From assembly GCA_004764695.1 (NCBI GenBank), contig SMSO01000032.1, positions 6,356,483 through 6,420,482 of the forward strand: a stretch of 64,000 nt of DNA. Reading direction: 5' to 3'. Below are positions 22,101 through 31,483 of the stretch, piece by piece. The stretch's first letter is position 1; each line of letters opens with the position of its first letter. The notes under the pieces were generated by a model, which searched no databases, had not been told where the DNA came from, and saw only the letters and a program-made list of their open reading frames with translations. The DNA is from Schizochytrium sp. TIO01. Taxonomy: Eukaryota; Protista; Bigyra: Labyrinthulomycetes. The translations under genes were made by a program, and so were the position numbers.

Positions 22101-25100
22101 TCGCTCATTTTCTTCTGGTGATAATGTCAGCCTCCGTTTTCTCTCTACTTCTGCAGCTTCAATAGCCATTTCCATATTTTTAATGCGATCCGCTTCCTCT
22201 TGCTGTCGCGTAGCAGGGGCAAAGGGGCAAACAGCAAGGTGCGCAGCATATTCAGAACGCAAAATAATATCAGTACACCCCATCATGGAGTAAGGGCAAA
22301 CAATTTCATACCTCTCCATATCCACGGTATTCGAAGAGATTTGCGTGAGGGTGTACCTATCCATATCGATGGGGCCTGTGTCTTCATCATGATATGGGCA
22401 ATGTATTAAATGCTCAGGGAGCATCGCACGCGAACACTCGTGCTCACAACCCATGACACGATATGGACATGCAACAATGAAGTCGAGTGGGTTGTACAAA
22501 TTTGCAAATTCTTCGTTGGCGTGGTCATCGACCAGGTCTTTTGTACTCTCGCGAAATTTGCATTGAGATAAGTGTTCGTCAAGCTCACTGCGCTGACATG
22601 TCATTTCACATCCGAGAATCGTATATGGGCAAACGACTTCATAGTTATCCGTGTATGGTGAGTATCCATCATCGCTTGAACTAGAGCTAGACATCGAATC
22701 GAGATCTGAATCAAGGTCAGAAAGATAATTTGCTGAATCCTTCAAAGATGCAAATCCATAGCCATCATCGCCAGGTCGCAGGGATGACTCACTTGGAAGC
22801 AGTGCTGGCGAAGATTTTGCAATACCATCCTTGTCGAGGCCTGCACGTTTAGCCCGTCTAGCCTCAGCTCGAGTCTTCCGACGCGCCTCCCGAAGGACAA
22901 TGTCGGCCCCGGCACCACGTTTGATACGACGATTGCGTTCCACTTCTTCTTGACGGATTGTCCATTCTTTGAGAACCCGCCGCCTCCGATTAGCACGGCG
23001 CTCAAATGCTTTGTCGCGTCGAGTTTGCCGCTGCCGCTCTGCTTCCGTTGCCTTGATTGCCCATTCAAGACGCCGTGCACGCTCGAGTTTTTCTTGAAGT
23101 CTGTCATTCAATATTTCTTTCACACGTCTTGCTCGCTCTGCTTCAGCCATCTGAATAGCGCGAGCTACACGGGTCTCACGGTCAACATCATAGAGTTTGT
23201 AATAGTTGGCAAGCACCTCTTGTCCCTCTTTAACGCTTCCGTTCATGCTAGCAGAAGAGGACAACGTTCCAATATTGTTGCTGCTAGCGGTGGTTGCAGC
23301 GCCAGTTGCGAACGCCCCCGTGGCACCTGTGGCATGATACCCTGACGTAGAGGATTGACCCATCGAAGACCTGGTTTCTACAGATTCCCCTGCATCACTC
23401 CAACTTGCACTTTGACTATACGGGCGCGGGGAGAAATAAGGAGCGGTCTGGGGAAGGCGCAGCGATTCTGGGTTAGGCAACGCTTTCGCCAAATCAAGAA
23501 CTAAAAGCTCTAGCTCGTGAGTCTCATCCTTGGCTGACATGGGACTTCGGTTGCCATCCCTGTGGGTTGGAGAGAATGGTTCGCATGGTATGTTAAGGTT
23601 TGGTACGCTAGCTTGTGGGCGATATAATCGATTGTCATAGTGACCATACTCACCTATAGAGGACACCGAGGACGCATCTGCGGGTCTGTTTTGAGCATAA
23701 GGATAGTAGTACATGTATCCTGGTACATCGTATTGATGTGGAGTAGTGGAAGGCGAAGGCTGGCCTCCTTGGGGGTAAACTGGTGGTGGGGGTGGAAGTG
23801 GTAACGGCGGAGTCCTTGGACGTCGATCATAAAGCTCGCTTGGAGCATATTCTGACCTTCTCCGCGTGCCACCGCCATGAAGCCCATACTGAGAAGAATA
23901 CTGATATCTGGACCCCGCATGAATTTGTTGGTGCACTTGCTCTTGAAAATGCTGTTGATACTGGTGAGCAGGAGTAGGCGAAAACCCCGTACCGTAGGTT
24001 CCTGCAGAATCGCTTTGTGCATGTGTTACAGCCATATCTGCAGATATAGGCAAAGTTGAACCTGGTCCTTGCGTGCCAAACGCAGCACCAAGTGATGTAT
24101 GCTGGTATATTGCATTCATATGTGAGAGAGAAGTATTTCCAGAGGCCCTATTTGATGCACTCGCCCAAGAGCCAGCAAAGTTATTGTCCTCTGCATAGTT
24201 TGATGATGTTGAGTACAGATATGAATCATCAGTCAGGCCTTGAGCTTTTTGAGTTTCATTAGCTAAAAATTCATGGCTCAACCTATCGTCTGTACTAACA
24301 CCCAAATGTGAGGAAATTCGAGAATGTGTAGAAGATGCAGTAATGTCATCTCTCGAGTCATGCCGATCAAGAGTTGAGTAGGGAACCACGTGCCTTCCAG
24401 GGGCACTAGATGCACGTGAGCGAGCTTCGTGCCTTCCAGGCAATGGGAGTTCATCGAAAGAGTCTATCTGGCGAGCACCCAAAACAGCATTAATCTCGGA
24501 TATTCTTGGTCGATCAGGAGAGTCCTGACCGCCAAGAACTGATAATGCAGCGAGGGATGCAGTTTCCTCAGCGTTGACCAGAGGTAAGCGCGATCGTGAT
24601 AGACCTCTTTTATCCGTCGAATCTGAGCCGACAGCATCATCTTCGCCTTCGACCTCCTCAAGAATAGGTAAGAAGCCTTGAGGATTGTCGCTACGTTGAA
24701 TCTTCTTTTTTTTCTTTCTTTTCTTCTTCTTGCTAGCGTTGTCATTAGTTTCTTGGTTGTCATTATCCATGTTCATGTATGTATATATTTCTGGTCCCAT
24801 ACTTTGAGATTTCTCACAATTAGGCATTACTGCTCCTGGCCCGTCTCCCTCACATAATTCATCACGGTTATCACTATCACTTGCAACGGATTGGTCATCG
24901 TCTCCATTTGCGCCACCCTTCCTTCTCCTACGCCTTCGAGGACCCTTATGGGCTCGGCCATACATCAAAATCTTCAGTGTCTTTTTGTCTGCGCCACTTG
25001 CTACACTCGCAACATCATCGTCAAAACCCTCATCATTGTAGTCCTCATCATCAAGGCTCATGCTTGCCTTGGATCTTGTTGGTGTGTTTGGGGGGTGTTT

Positions 25101-25277
25101 TCTAGCACTGCGTGGTGTAAGAATGCCTTCTTCAAACCCGCACTGTACAGTTTGATCATCCCAAGTATCATCTTTGTTTCCATTAGTGGTGACTGATATT
25201 TTCACAGGTAGGTTTGTCTCTCTTACAGTATCTCTCTGGTCGGCAGAGCCTTCTCTGTCCTCATCCAGGCTCGCCAT
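19161..25277 (-). CDS. Non-canonical poly(A)/terminal nucleotidyltransferase (Trf4/TENT4/Cid14-like) with three TRAF-type zinc fingers and long disordered regions, 2038 aa
   Basis: C-terminal pol-beta NTase motif FGSYASGLAVPELSDVDLV, third Asp in VNVDLT, LRPLVLTLKRFL...GGLSSYAL, and PAP-associated LFMDFLQFYG...DDPVQTGNNVG. Three CPYxxxGC-x11-H-x3-C repeats at about 22220-22640. Confidence 0.9.
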   Translation of the reverse strand: MASLDEDREGSADQRDTVRETNLPVKISVTTNGNKDDTWDDQTVQCGFEEGILTPRSARKHPPNTPTRSKASMSLDDEDYNDEGFDDDVASVASGADKKTLKILMYGRAHKGPRRRRRRKGGANGDDDQSVASDSDNRDELCEGDGPGAVMPNCEKSQSMGPEIYTYMNMDNDNQETNDNASKKKKRKKKKKIQRSDNPQGFLPILEEVEGEDDAVGSDSTDKRGLSRSRLPLVNAEETASLAALSVLGGQDSPDRPRISEINAVLGARQIDSFDELPLPGRHEARSRASSAPGRHVVPYSTLDRHDSRDDITASSTHSRISSHLGVSTDDRLSHEFLANETQKAQGLTDDSYLYSTSSNYAEDNNFAGSWASASNRASGNTSLSHMNAIYQHTSLGAAFGTQGPGSTLPISADMAVTHAQSDSAGTYGTGFSPTPAHQYQQHFQEQVHQQIHAGSRYQYSSQYGLHGGGTRRRSEYAPSELYDRRPRTPPLPLPPPPPVYPQGGQPSPSTTPHQYDVPGYMYYYPYAQNRPADASSVSSIGEYGHYDNRLYRPQASVPNLNIPCEPFSPTHRDGNRSPMSAKDETHELELLVLDLAKALPNPESLRLPQTAPYFSPRPYSQSASWSDAGESVETRSSMGQSSTSGYHATGATGAFATGAATTASSNNIGTLSSSASMNGSVKEGQEVLANYYKLYDVDRETRVARAIQMAEAERARRVKEILNDRLQEKLERARRLEWAIKATEAERQRQTRRDKAFERRANRRRRVLKEWTIRQEEVERNRRIKRGAGADIVLREARRKTRAEARRAKRAGLDKDGIAKSSPALLPSESSLRPGDDGYGFASLKDSANYLSDLDSDLDSMSSSSSSDDGYSPYTDNYEVVCPYTILGCEMTCQRSELDEHLSQCKFRESTKDLVDDHANEEFANLYNPLDFIVACPYRVMGCEHECSRAMLPEHLIHCPYHDEDTGPIDMDRYTLTQISSNTVDMERYEIVCPYSMMGCTDIILRSEYAAHLAVCPFAPATRQQEEADRIKNMEMAIEAAEVERKRRLTLSPEENERMRSQHFNQLLRALIEARLINLEREGDESSDDEVASIDAVVSRSGARRLASTDFSSSFAGATCTPNIGAHSGSSSASLISATSSLSMSSTLAGENFIDTEGHDFVDSRVSSAAMTSFDDHFLSLDDYDAPISTQSSRSSSFDMRGYRPNALDHSSAPPFFERRSYSLDEITNLHEEQDARELAAGHDNLSDDGVAIESTSPVRDPRRRRRSTGYVNTQGSAALVALDEATGYAPSSPMTPPLSPLPQSGSHHGSSLSASSALFSPMLGSMPRHDLPPIHRQAHSLNSLDPAFPADFLRRGSSFDAGQRSQHRDQLINSKNLTWIFKAAEIEALRQKVELRAMERAMGGGGSGSARRKGFVLPMRRIRSCPAMLNHIDSQESPTGFTQQRHRVSSLEEAIQEQNTSGVHRAVGLESTGGARGSRAQSAHVVPPIRRYGSFKMRRERAPSGSSQRSFTGHCTVATTGIGSDMSTNGSLRSNRGIHRNSAHGSFDATLTRGRVGSQASELSIETAGTSSSVISAISSSPMQASRRHYRSRSLGCQEDNNEGNDVSHQLDDGEPLESPRALSHRTLSSSFSSQAYALGSPHAHSLHDHMDGQMRNLHRHLRFELTAYADKCAKENPDYEKMIMDIISRIEHEASLCFGQGIRAELFGSYASGLAVPELSDVDLVLFSNQGRLDVNGASICNILGRVIRHKDWVKNIKILDRAKMPVIKLQTDEDVLGRCVNVDLTIALPSHAGQRAAEFLRSLVKTHEQLRPLVLTLKRFLVGRGLHDPFSGGLSSYALVLMTVASLNRSVDRRLRRPHRRSDDVSSRDGSSEDNTVHFSSAIGMSSASAAQTQTQTQAKPPPPAEYMHPSHQLSLGLLFMDFLQFYGRDFVPSQEAVLTVVSMANKDSYTTCIGPRFHAASSPHAAGDYIAMLVVDDPVQTGNNVGRTCFRVAEVQRAFADLYANLLSYTVRCETIRSSSSRRGILERLLFAK

Positions 25278-27423
25278 AGCTTGACTTAGAGATAACCGTG
25301 AAGCCTCGCGTTCATCGGCTTCGTGCGCCTATTAATTACCAAAGCTCCGTTTCTATGGGAGAAAACTTCTGAGTTAGACTTTCAATTTCGTCTCCAATTT
25401 GACGCCAAAATTTCAGCAAACCTGGTTCTCCAAAGGCGCGCACTGTATGTGCTTGAACGTAGCTCGGCGAGAGCGCACGGAAAGGACAAGGGCAGCTTTG
25501 ATCAATGCTTGCGGCCGCTTCACGACAGAAACAGAATCCTTTTAGTCTATAGCCAGAGAGCTGCGGCCGCAAGCAGTCTCTAGTATACCCTGCGTAGTGG
25601 CACGCTAACCCCCGTGCCCTCCGGAAGGTTCTCAGCACAATATCGCTTTGCCAGCTTGAAGAGGGTTTGCGTTTACAAAAGTAATGAATGAATTGATTTC
25701 TCTTCTTCTCCTTTCTTTTTTGTTTTGGAAAAAGTTGTGCGCTATGCTATGATTTACCAGTTTTAAAGTAAATAAATTAGTTTTCTCATTTATTTCCACT
25801 CTCTACAGAAAACTTTGCAAAACCCTTCCGCGTTGAATCCTCTCCTCAGCTCAACGCTCATATGTTTCGCAAGCCGTTCTCTAAGTCAACTTTCTTCAAT
25901 TTCGTCATTGTTTATGACGCAGTAAGCTTGTTCTCTCTTCATTGGTTTTTGCCTCGCGTTGTTCTTTTCATTTGTTCTCAGTTTGCTCTTTCGCTCTTTC
26001 GTTTCTCCACGCGCCTACTTTTGGCTTTGCCAATCTGTGTTTCCTGCTACCGCAATTCGTCTTTGCAATAAAGCCAAGAATAACGATGGCCATAACCTTC
26101 GTGTGGAGGGACTGAGCTAAGGCTGTGGAATGGACTTTGCGAGATTGCTTCGTGCCACCTCTGGGACGAGACCGTCTCCAAGTTTGGGACGAAGATCAGC
26201 GGACCTTGAGAACACACCACGAAATCAGCATCGATTGCAGAATCGTAAGCCAGCGAGCTCTACGATGTTTTAATTCTTTCAATGCTGTTGCGAAGAAGAA
26301 TTCGTAGCTTTTCCCAAACGATTTGCACTCCATGGCAATACGAACTTCCTTGCCCAATTGCCGCTTCTTCAGCACACGATCTTGTTCGAGCAGAACTGCA
26401 CCGTGATCGTTGTGGTTTTGTTCAGAATTAGTGTAACGAAGTCAAGCTTTAGCACGTACCTAAATGCTAAGTGAACATTTTGTGTCTTTTCCCACAATCG
26501 TCCACGCAAAGTGCATTCCTACACTGCGTAGACTACTACTCAGTTCAAGGTCTGCCAATTCAAAGAGACCGTCCCATCATCGTAGTTTCACTGAGCTCTG
26601 CGCTCCTGATTACATCCTCGAAAGCTTTCATGAGCCAAGCCAATTCCATCCATCTCCGAGCTCGGACTCTCAAGCCACCTATTCAGCAAAAGAGAGCGTC
26701 CTGGACAACCCAAAATGGCCCAAAATGGGTTTCTCTAAAGCAATTTCCCATTGCCTGTTTTCGTATATAACTAAACTCGCTTCGCCGCGGACCTCTACTA
26801 CTCCGTCTCGCTCCACTCGCCGCCATCACTACTCTCCGGCCTTCTCACGCCCCTTCTTTCTACGCTGCGGAGTTGCGTTTCACCCGAGGGAGCAGCGAGG
26901 GAGGGAGAGAAAGAGAAAGAGAGTGAAGAGACAGCGAGAAGTCGGGAGTTGGTCTTGGAATGCTGCAGAAGACGTGAGTCCCGCTTCTCCGTACCTTGAA
27001 AACTAGCGTCACCTTCTTGGTCTTGCAGTTTACCAAGACACCTTTTGCTAAGCCGACGTGTGTGGACATCTGGCTCGCTCTGTGCTTGATCGCCTATGCT
27101 GATAAACCTGTGTATACTTGCTGCTACTTCGAAACGCCATCGCAAGTGCTTTGTCGGTTTTCCGAATTTTGGCGGAACTACGAGCTGTGATATAAGAGAT
27201 CTGAAAGATTTGGAGTCCAAAGATCTTTCTTCGTTAGGTTTAGTGGGTCCAGCGTCTTCCCCAGCCTAGGTTGCATCCACCACAAAAAAAACTCGGAGTT
27301 TTCTGCTTTCTGAGCTGCTTGGGTATTGTTGAGGTCAATTAAAAAAGTGAAATTGTGGCGTGCCTTGCGCCAGGTTTCAAGCGAAGTCTCTCGTATTCTT
27401 TGGCAAGCTTGCAACTTGCAAGA

Positions 27424-28323
27424 ATGGCGGGAAAACGGTCCTTCGAGGACTTTGACGCTCACCAAGGGGGGTCTGCCCGTAGCGGAGAGCTCCGTGAGGC
27501 CCAAGATGTGATGGGAGCGGACTCTGGTGTGAAGAAGCTTCGTCTTGAAAGTCCTGTTTTGGGTGCTTCGCAAGAGGATGCTGCGGGTGATATGAGCTCG
27601 TGGACAGTATCATCAGACCCCGGTCGCGAAGTAGCATCGACTTACGCTAATTGGAATAATATGTTGCGGATTCTGCATGCTGAAAGAATGCTTCGTCAAC
27701 GCCGGCAGTCTCGCGAGAAGGATTCTCGGAAGTTCTCTAGCTCTGTGGGTAGCGTTAATCATCAGAAGAACCAAAATCAACATCATTTAGGCAGTCATCC
27801 ATTTGCGTCAGGAGCTCGGGTGTCTTTTGTTGGCGGCCAGGGGTGCACCGGCACGCGCCAGGAAGAGGAAAACCAACAGCGCCACCAGCATCATGACCAT
27901 CAACAATCGCAGCAAGCCCAACGACAGGGAAGCTCTGAGAGCGTTACCTGCACGCAATCACCTTTAACAAATTCAAATATGAAGCCACCGCATTCGTCGC
28001 CACAGACGTCCGTGATTTCTACATTTGGGCATATGGATAACTCTTCAGATACTAACGTTGCAAACTCGCGAAACTTTGGTTTTGTGAATAACAGGTCTGG
28101 TGGAATGCACGCCCCCACTAAGCGAAAGATTTTTCATGATATGGATCATGATATGCACAACAGCTTTCGATTCACAACTAGCGGCGCTGAGGGGAGCAGC
28201 AGCAGTAGTAGCAGTGACAGTTTCAATAGCAACAGCGCCACTGCGCACGGTTCGTACAGCCCCAGCAAGCGAGCCAAACAGAGCGGTGAGGATGATGACA
28301 TGCGAGATGATCACTCTCTGTAA
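27424..28323 (+). CDS. Uncharacterised, mostly disordered S/Q/H-rich protein with NLS-like basic motifs, about 299 aa
   Basis: Long ORF with first ATG at 27424 (the ORF track starts at a GTG). Basic clusters GKRS, VKKLR, PTKRK, PSKRAK and one amphipathic helix YANWNNMLRILHAERMLR. Confidence 0.75.
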   Translation: MAGKRSFEDFDAHQGGSARSGELREAQDVMGADSGVKKLRLESPVLGASQEDAAGDMSSWTVSSDPGREVASTYANWNNMLRILHAERMLRQRRQSREKDSRKFSSSVGSVNHQKNQNQHHLGSHPFASGARVSFVGGQGCTGTRQEEENQQRHQHHDHQQSQQAQRQGSSESVTCTQSPLTNSNMKPPHSSPQTSVISTFGHMDNSSDTNVANSRNFGFVNNRSGGMHAPTKRKIFHDMDHDMHNSFRFTTSGAEGSSSSSSSDSFNSNSATAHGSYSPSKRAKQSGEDDDMRDDHSL

Positions 28324-28623
28324 GCAGAAGTGCATAATATTGCAATCTGCTAAAATGTATCTAGTTTTCCTTTTTCATGTAGATGAACTCTGAACATCCG
28401 GAGACAAAGCGATGTAAGAATGCGTTGTTTCCAAGCAGATTATGAAACAAAATATCAGACTGTTTCTGGACGTCTTTTTGAGTCAGATGCGCTGTCTTCT
28501 ATGGCCTAAAATTTGAGTTCTTCTCAAACACCTTGACTGGCAAGAAAAGTAATCAAGTCGAATTCCAAACTCAATCAGTTGGAGATTCCAGTTTTGGGGA
28601 GGTTTGTAGGACGCAAGACGCAA

Positions 28624-28643
28624 GGGGGGTGGGGGGGGGGGGG
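28624..28643 (+). repeat. G-run (G6-T-G13)
   Basis: Seen directly in the sequence, between two convergent 3' ends. Confidence 0.9.
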
Positions 28644-28961
28644 TCCCGAGACAGACTTCGTAAATGATCGTAGTGTATTAGTGTTCGCATGGGCAAGCTT
28701 AAGCTTTATTGACTGAGTTCTATAATTGCAATACTGGTGTTTTCGAATCATGATGTATGTGTTACAAATGTGTATGTGCGTGTCCATGCGATTCCTCGAT
28801 CCGAATAACAGATCAACAGGGCTGATCGTTGGCGAGGGCTATAATTTACAAGTGGCAAACGCAGTTTAGGTAGGAGTAACGATTATCTCAGGTCTATTCC
28901 ATAATCATTTTGTCATTTTTAAAGAGCTGGTACTATAAGACGAAGTTCTAGATTGAAAATA

Positions 28962-30353
28962 TTATTTTTTCTTTTTCTTCCCACCTTTTTTGTCTCCTTT
29001 CTTTGACGAGGAAGACCCCTTACTGTCTTTCGCAATAGCCTTGAGCTGCTGACTTGCAGGAAGTGGTTTCCAATGCGGGAAAAGTCCTCCAGAGTTAGCA
29101 AGTCCGACTGGATTGTCCCTCCGTCGATAAATGTTCAAACTGGGCTTGGCTTCCTGGATGGCATCTAAAGCTTGCTTTGTCAAACCGCCCCCAAAGCAAC
29201 CTTCTATGTCGATGCGAATAAGTGTCTCTATTGTTGCAAGTGATTCGAGTGTTGGGCGGTCTAGAGCTTCGCATTTACTTAAGTCCAGCTTTTGCAATTT
29301 GGAACACAACAAAGGAAGTTGCTTGAGCGCTTCAATAGATAAATCATGACAATTTGCAACATCTAGATCTTCAAGGGTGAATCCAAGGGATGCTGCTAGT
29401 GCAATAAGGCCAGTTCCTGTTATAGATACACATCCTGCTAAACGTAGATGCGTCAATTTTGGGGCCTCTTGAGCCAGGGTTTTTAATGCTTCATCACCAA
29501 TGAAAGGAAGTGCCGACAAGTCTAGACGACGAAGTTTTCCGCAACGCTTCGCAAGGGCTATAATACCTCGGTCTGTAATCTCCATGCACCCATGGAGATC
29601 TAGTGTTTGTAAACTACATTTGCTGGGTAATAGTTCTAAGAATGTATCATCTACACCACGTACACCTCTTAAGCTTAGGTCCTTTAGATTTACATTGACT
29701 TCCTGCAGGAGCTCGGCAAAGTCTTGTTGTGCTTGTAGTAGCTCCTGAGAGGCATCCAAAATAGCCTTGCGAGTTTTAATTGGAACCCCAGCCTGTAGTG
29801 TTGTTGGAAGACTAGATCGAAAAAATTCTAGGAGATCCGCATCGGGAGAAGACCTTGGTAGCGTGAAGAGTTCTGGATTACGTCCCACGTCGAAGGTTTC
29901 GAGGTTTGGGCTCATCGCCAGTAGTAGTAGAACTCCACGCAGAGTTACAGAAGAGCATCCATGGATTTTCAAACAACGCAGGCGAGAACCCATTGAACGA
30001 GCAATCTGCGCAAGTACCTGATCATTAACAGCGGTACACCGATCTAAAATCAGAGTTTCCACATTTTGCTCTGCACAACGTGCGGCCATTATAAGCAGTG
30101 TTTGGGTGTCTATCCACTCCATATCTGCGAGATCAATAGTTTCAAGTTGCTTCTCTCGCACAGTGTCAAGAAGTACATCTCGGGTAATAAGCGATGTCAC
30201 TGTGAGCCCTGCATCTGGATCTGTGATGAGCTTTGCGAAGTGGATGTCTTTTCCACCCACTTCGATCAACCTCGACTTCGCAGGACTTCTCATCTCGCGA
30301 TTGTCCATCGTGTTCGTTGGTTCCTTACTTTCCTCCGTATAATGTTGCAGCAT
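28962..30353 (-). CDS. RNI-like/cysteine-containing leucine-rich-repeat protein (FBXL/AMN1-type LRRs) with a Lys-rich C-terminal tail
   Basis: Repeats such as LQTLDLHGCMEITDRGI, LRRLDLSALPFIGDEAL, LTHLRLAGCVSITGTGL, LEDLDVANCHDLS. Ends KKGDKKGGKKKKK. No obvious F-box. Confidence 0.88.
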   Translation of the reverse strand: MLQHYTEESKEPTNTMDNREMRSPAKSRLIEVGGKDIHFAKLITDPDAGLTVTSLITRDVLLDTVREKQLETIDLADMEWIDTQTLLIMAARCAEQNVETLILDRCTAVNDQVLAQIARSMGSRLRCLKIHGCSSVTLRGVLLLLAMSPNLETFDVGRNPELFTLPRSSPDADLLEFFRSSLPTTLQAGVPIKTRKAILDASQELLQAQQDFAELLQEVNVNLKDLSLRGVRGVDDTFLELLPSKCSLQTLDLHGCMEITDRGIIALAKRCGKLRRLDLSALPFIGDEALKTLAQEAPKLTHLRLAGCVSITGTGLIALAASLGFTLEDLDVANCHDLSIEALKQLPLLCSKLQKLDLSKCEALDRPTLESLATIETLIRIDIEGCFGGGLTKQALDAIQEAKPSLNIYRRRDNPVGLANSGGLFPHWKPLPASQQLKAIAKDSKGSSSSKKGDKKGGKKKKK

Positions 30354-30890
30354 ATTCTTATGTGCTTCGTTTCAGGTTTTACAGCAAGACTTCACGCGCT
30401 AAACGCCAGCATCAAAGTTTTACCCCGATCCTCCAAACCTAAAATCAGACAGCCCCGAAATGGCTTGCTCACTGAGATCTCAGGATGGTACTTAGTTCTC
30501 TCCTCCTCGTAGCCTCCAGAATATTTGTATATATTTATATATACTGCCTTGTGAGCACGTCAGCACGACTAGTACGAGGATACCCGCGGCGTAGTTTTGG
30601 GAGCGTACTGTTAAAGTGCCCAATAACCGGATATATGAAAAAGTCTGTCGATTAGGCCTTTTTTTAAAATTAAAAAAAATTAGACTTGTCCAATCAACTT
30701 TCTATCATTTATAAGTGATGATGCCCTCAGAAAAAGAAGCCCAAAGCTTATTCATTCACCAGCGCGTGTTTCGACAATACCGTGAGCACTCCCTCGCGTT
30801 TTGCAAGGCGTTTCTGACAATCGACCGTCGTCTAGAACGGAGGAACTTTTGAGCGTGTGACTCCTTCGTTGGTTTTTACTTCTTTCGAAG

Positions 30891-31247
30891 ATGGAGCTGC
30901 GATTCTTTGTGGATGGCAAGGAGGAGTTCGTGTTCACGCCGCTGACGGAAGAGGAGGAGAAGACAGCTGCTGCAAAAGCGGCTGAGAACCCCAAAGAGAG
31001 GGACGAAATCCCTGATGAGTTCTCAATCCGATTTTATGGTAAACATGATCATGGTGACCTTCCTGAACCGACTCCTAACCCTGCCTTCGAACCTTTGACC
31101 AAGTTTCTCGCGCAGGCAAAAGATGCCACTAACAACTATTTGGCCCCAATTGTGGAGCATGAAAAAGCAGAGAAGGAGGCTGCTACAAAGGCCGCTAAAA
31201 AGAAGAAAACCGAAGGCGAGGAGACCAACGCCAAGGCAGACGAATAA
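30891..31247 (+). CDS. Small acidic protein, candidate GON7 (KEOPS/EKC subunit) homologue, 118 aa
   Basis: Clean ATG...TAA ORF with coding-like codon usage. MELRFFVDGK and PAFEPLTKFLAQAKDATNNYLAPIVEHE resemble human GON7 as recalled ([41 protein letters not shown]). The gene itself is well supported; the family call is tentative. Confidence 0.6.
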   Translation: MELRFFVDGKEEFVFTPLTEEEEKTAAAKAAENPKERDEIPDEFSIRFYGKHDHGDLPEPTPNPAFEPLTKFLAQAKDATNNYLAPIVEHEKAEKEAATKAAKKKKTEGEETNAKADE

Positions 31248-31483
31248 GAGTGTAATATTTGCTCAACTTAATTGCCAATAATAAGGACCTTCACCAAAGC
31301 TCACCATGCTGCATGCATGTGTGTGTGCGTGCGAAGGTGAGGGTCGTGGGAGTCAGAGTTAGCTCACCTTGAGGCTAACTCGGACGAATATCAGGATTAA
31401 ATTCTACTGCTACTCAGAAGGAGAGAAAGAAGTCGTCTTTTTTGCTGTGCTTATTAAATAGCTCTCTTGCCATACCAATCATC

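Noticed and set aside
26464-27006. 180-aa plus-strand ORF
   Set aside because: No recognisable motifs, UTR-like composition, and it runs into a GA-rich tract. More likely 5' UTR or promoter of the gene at 27424.
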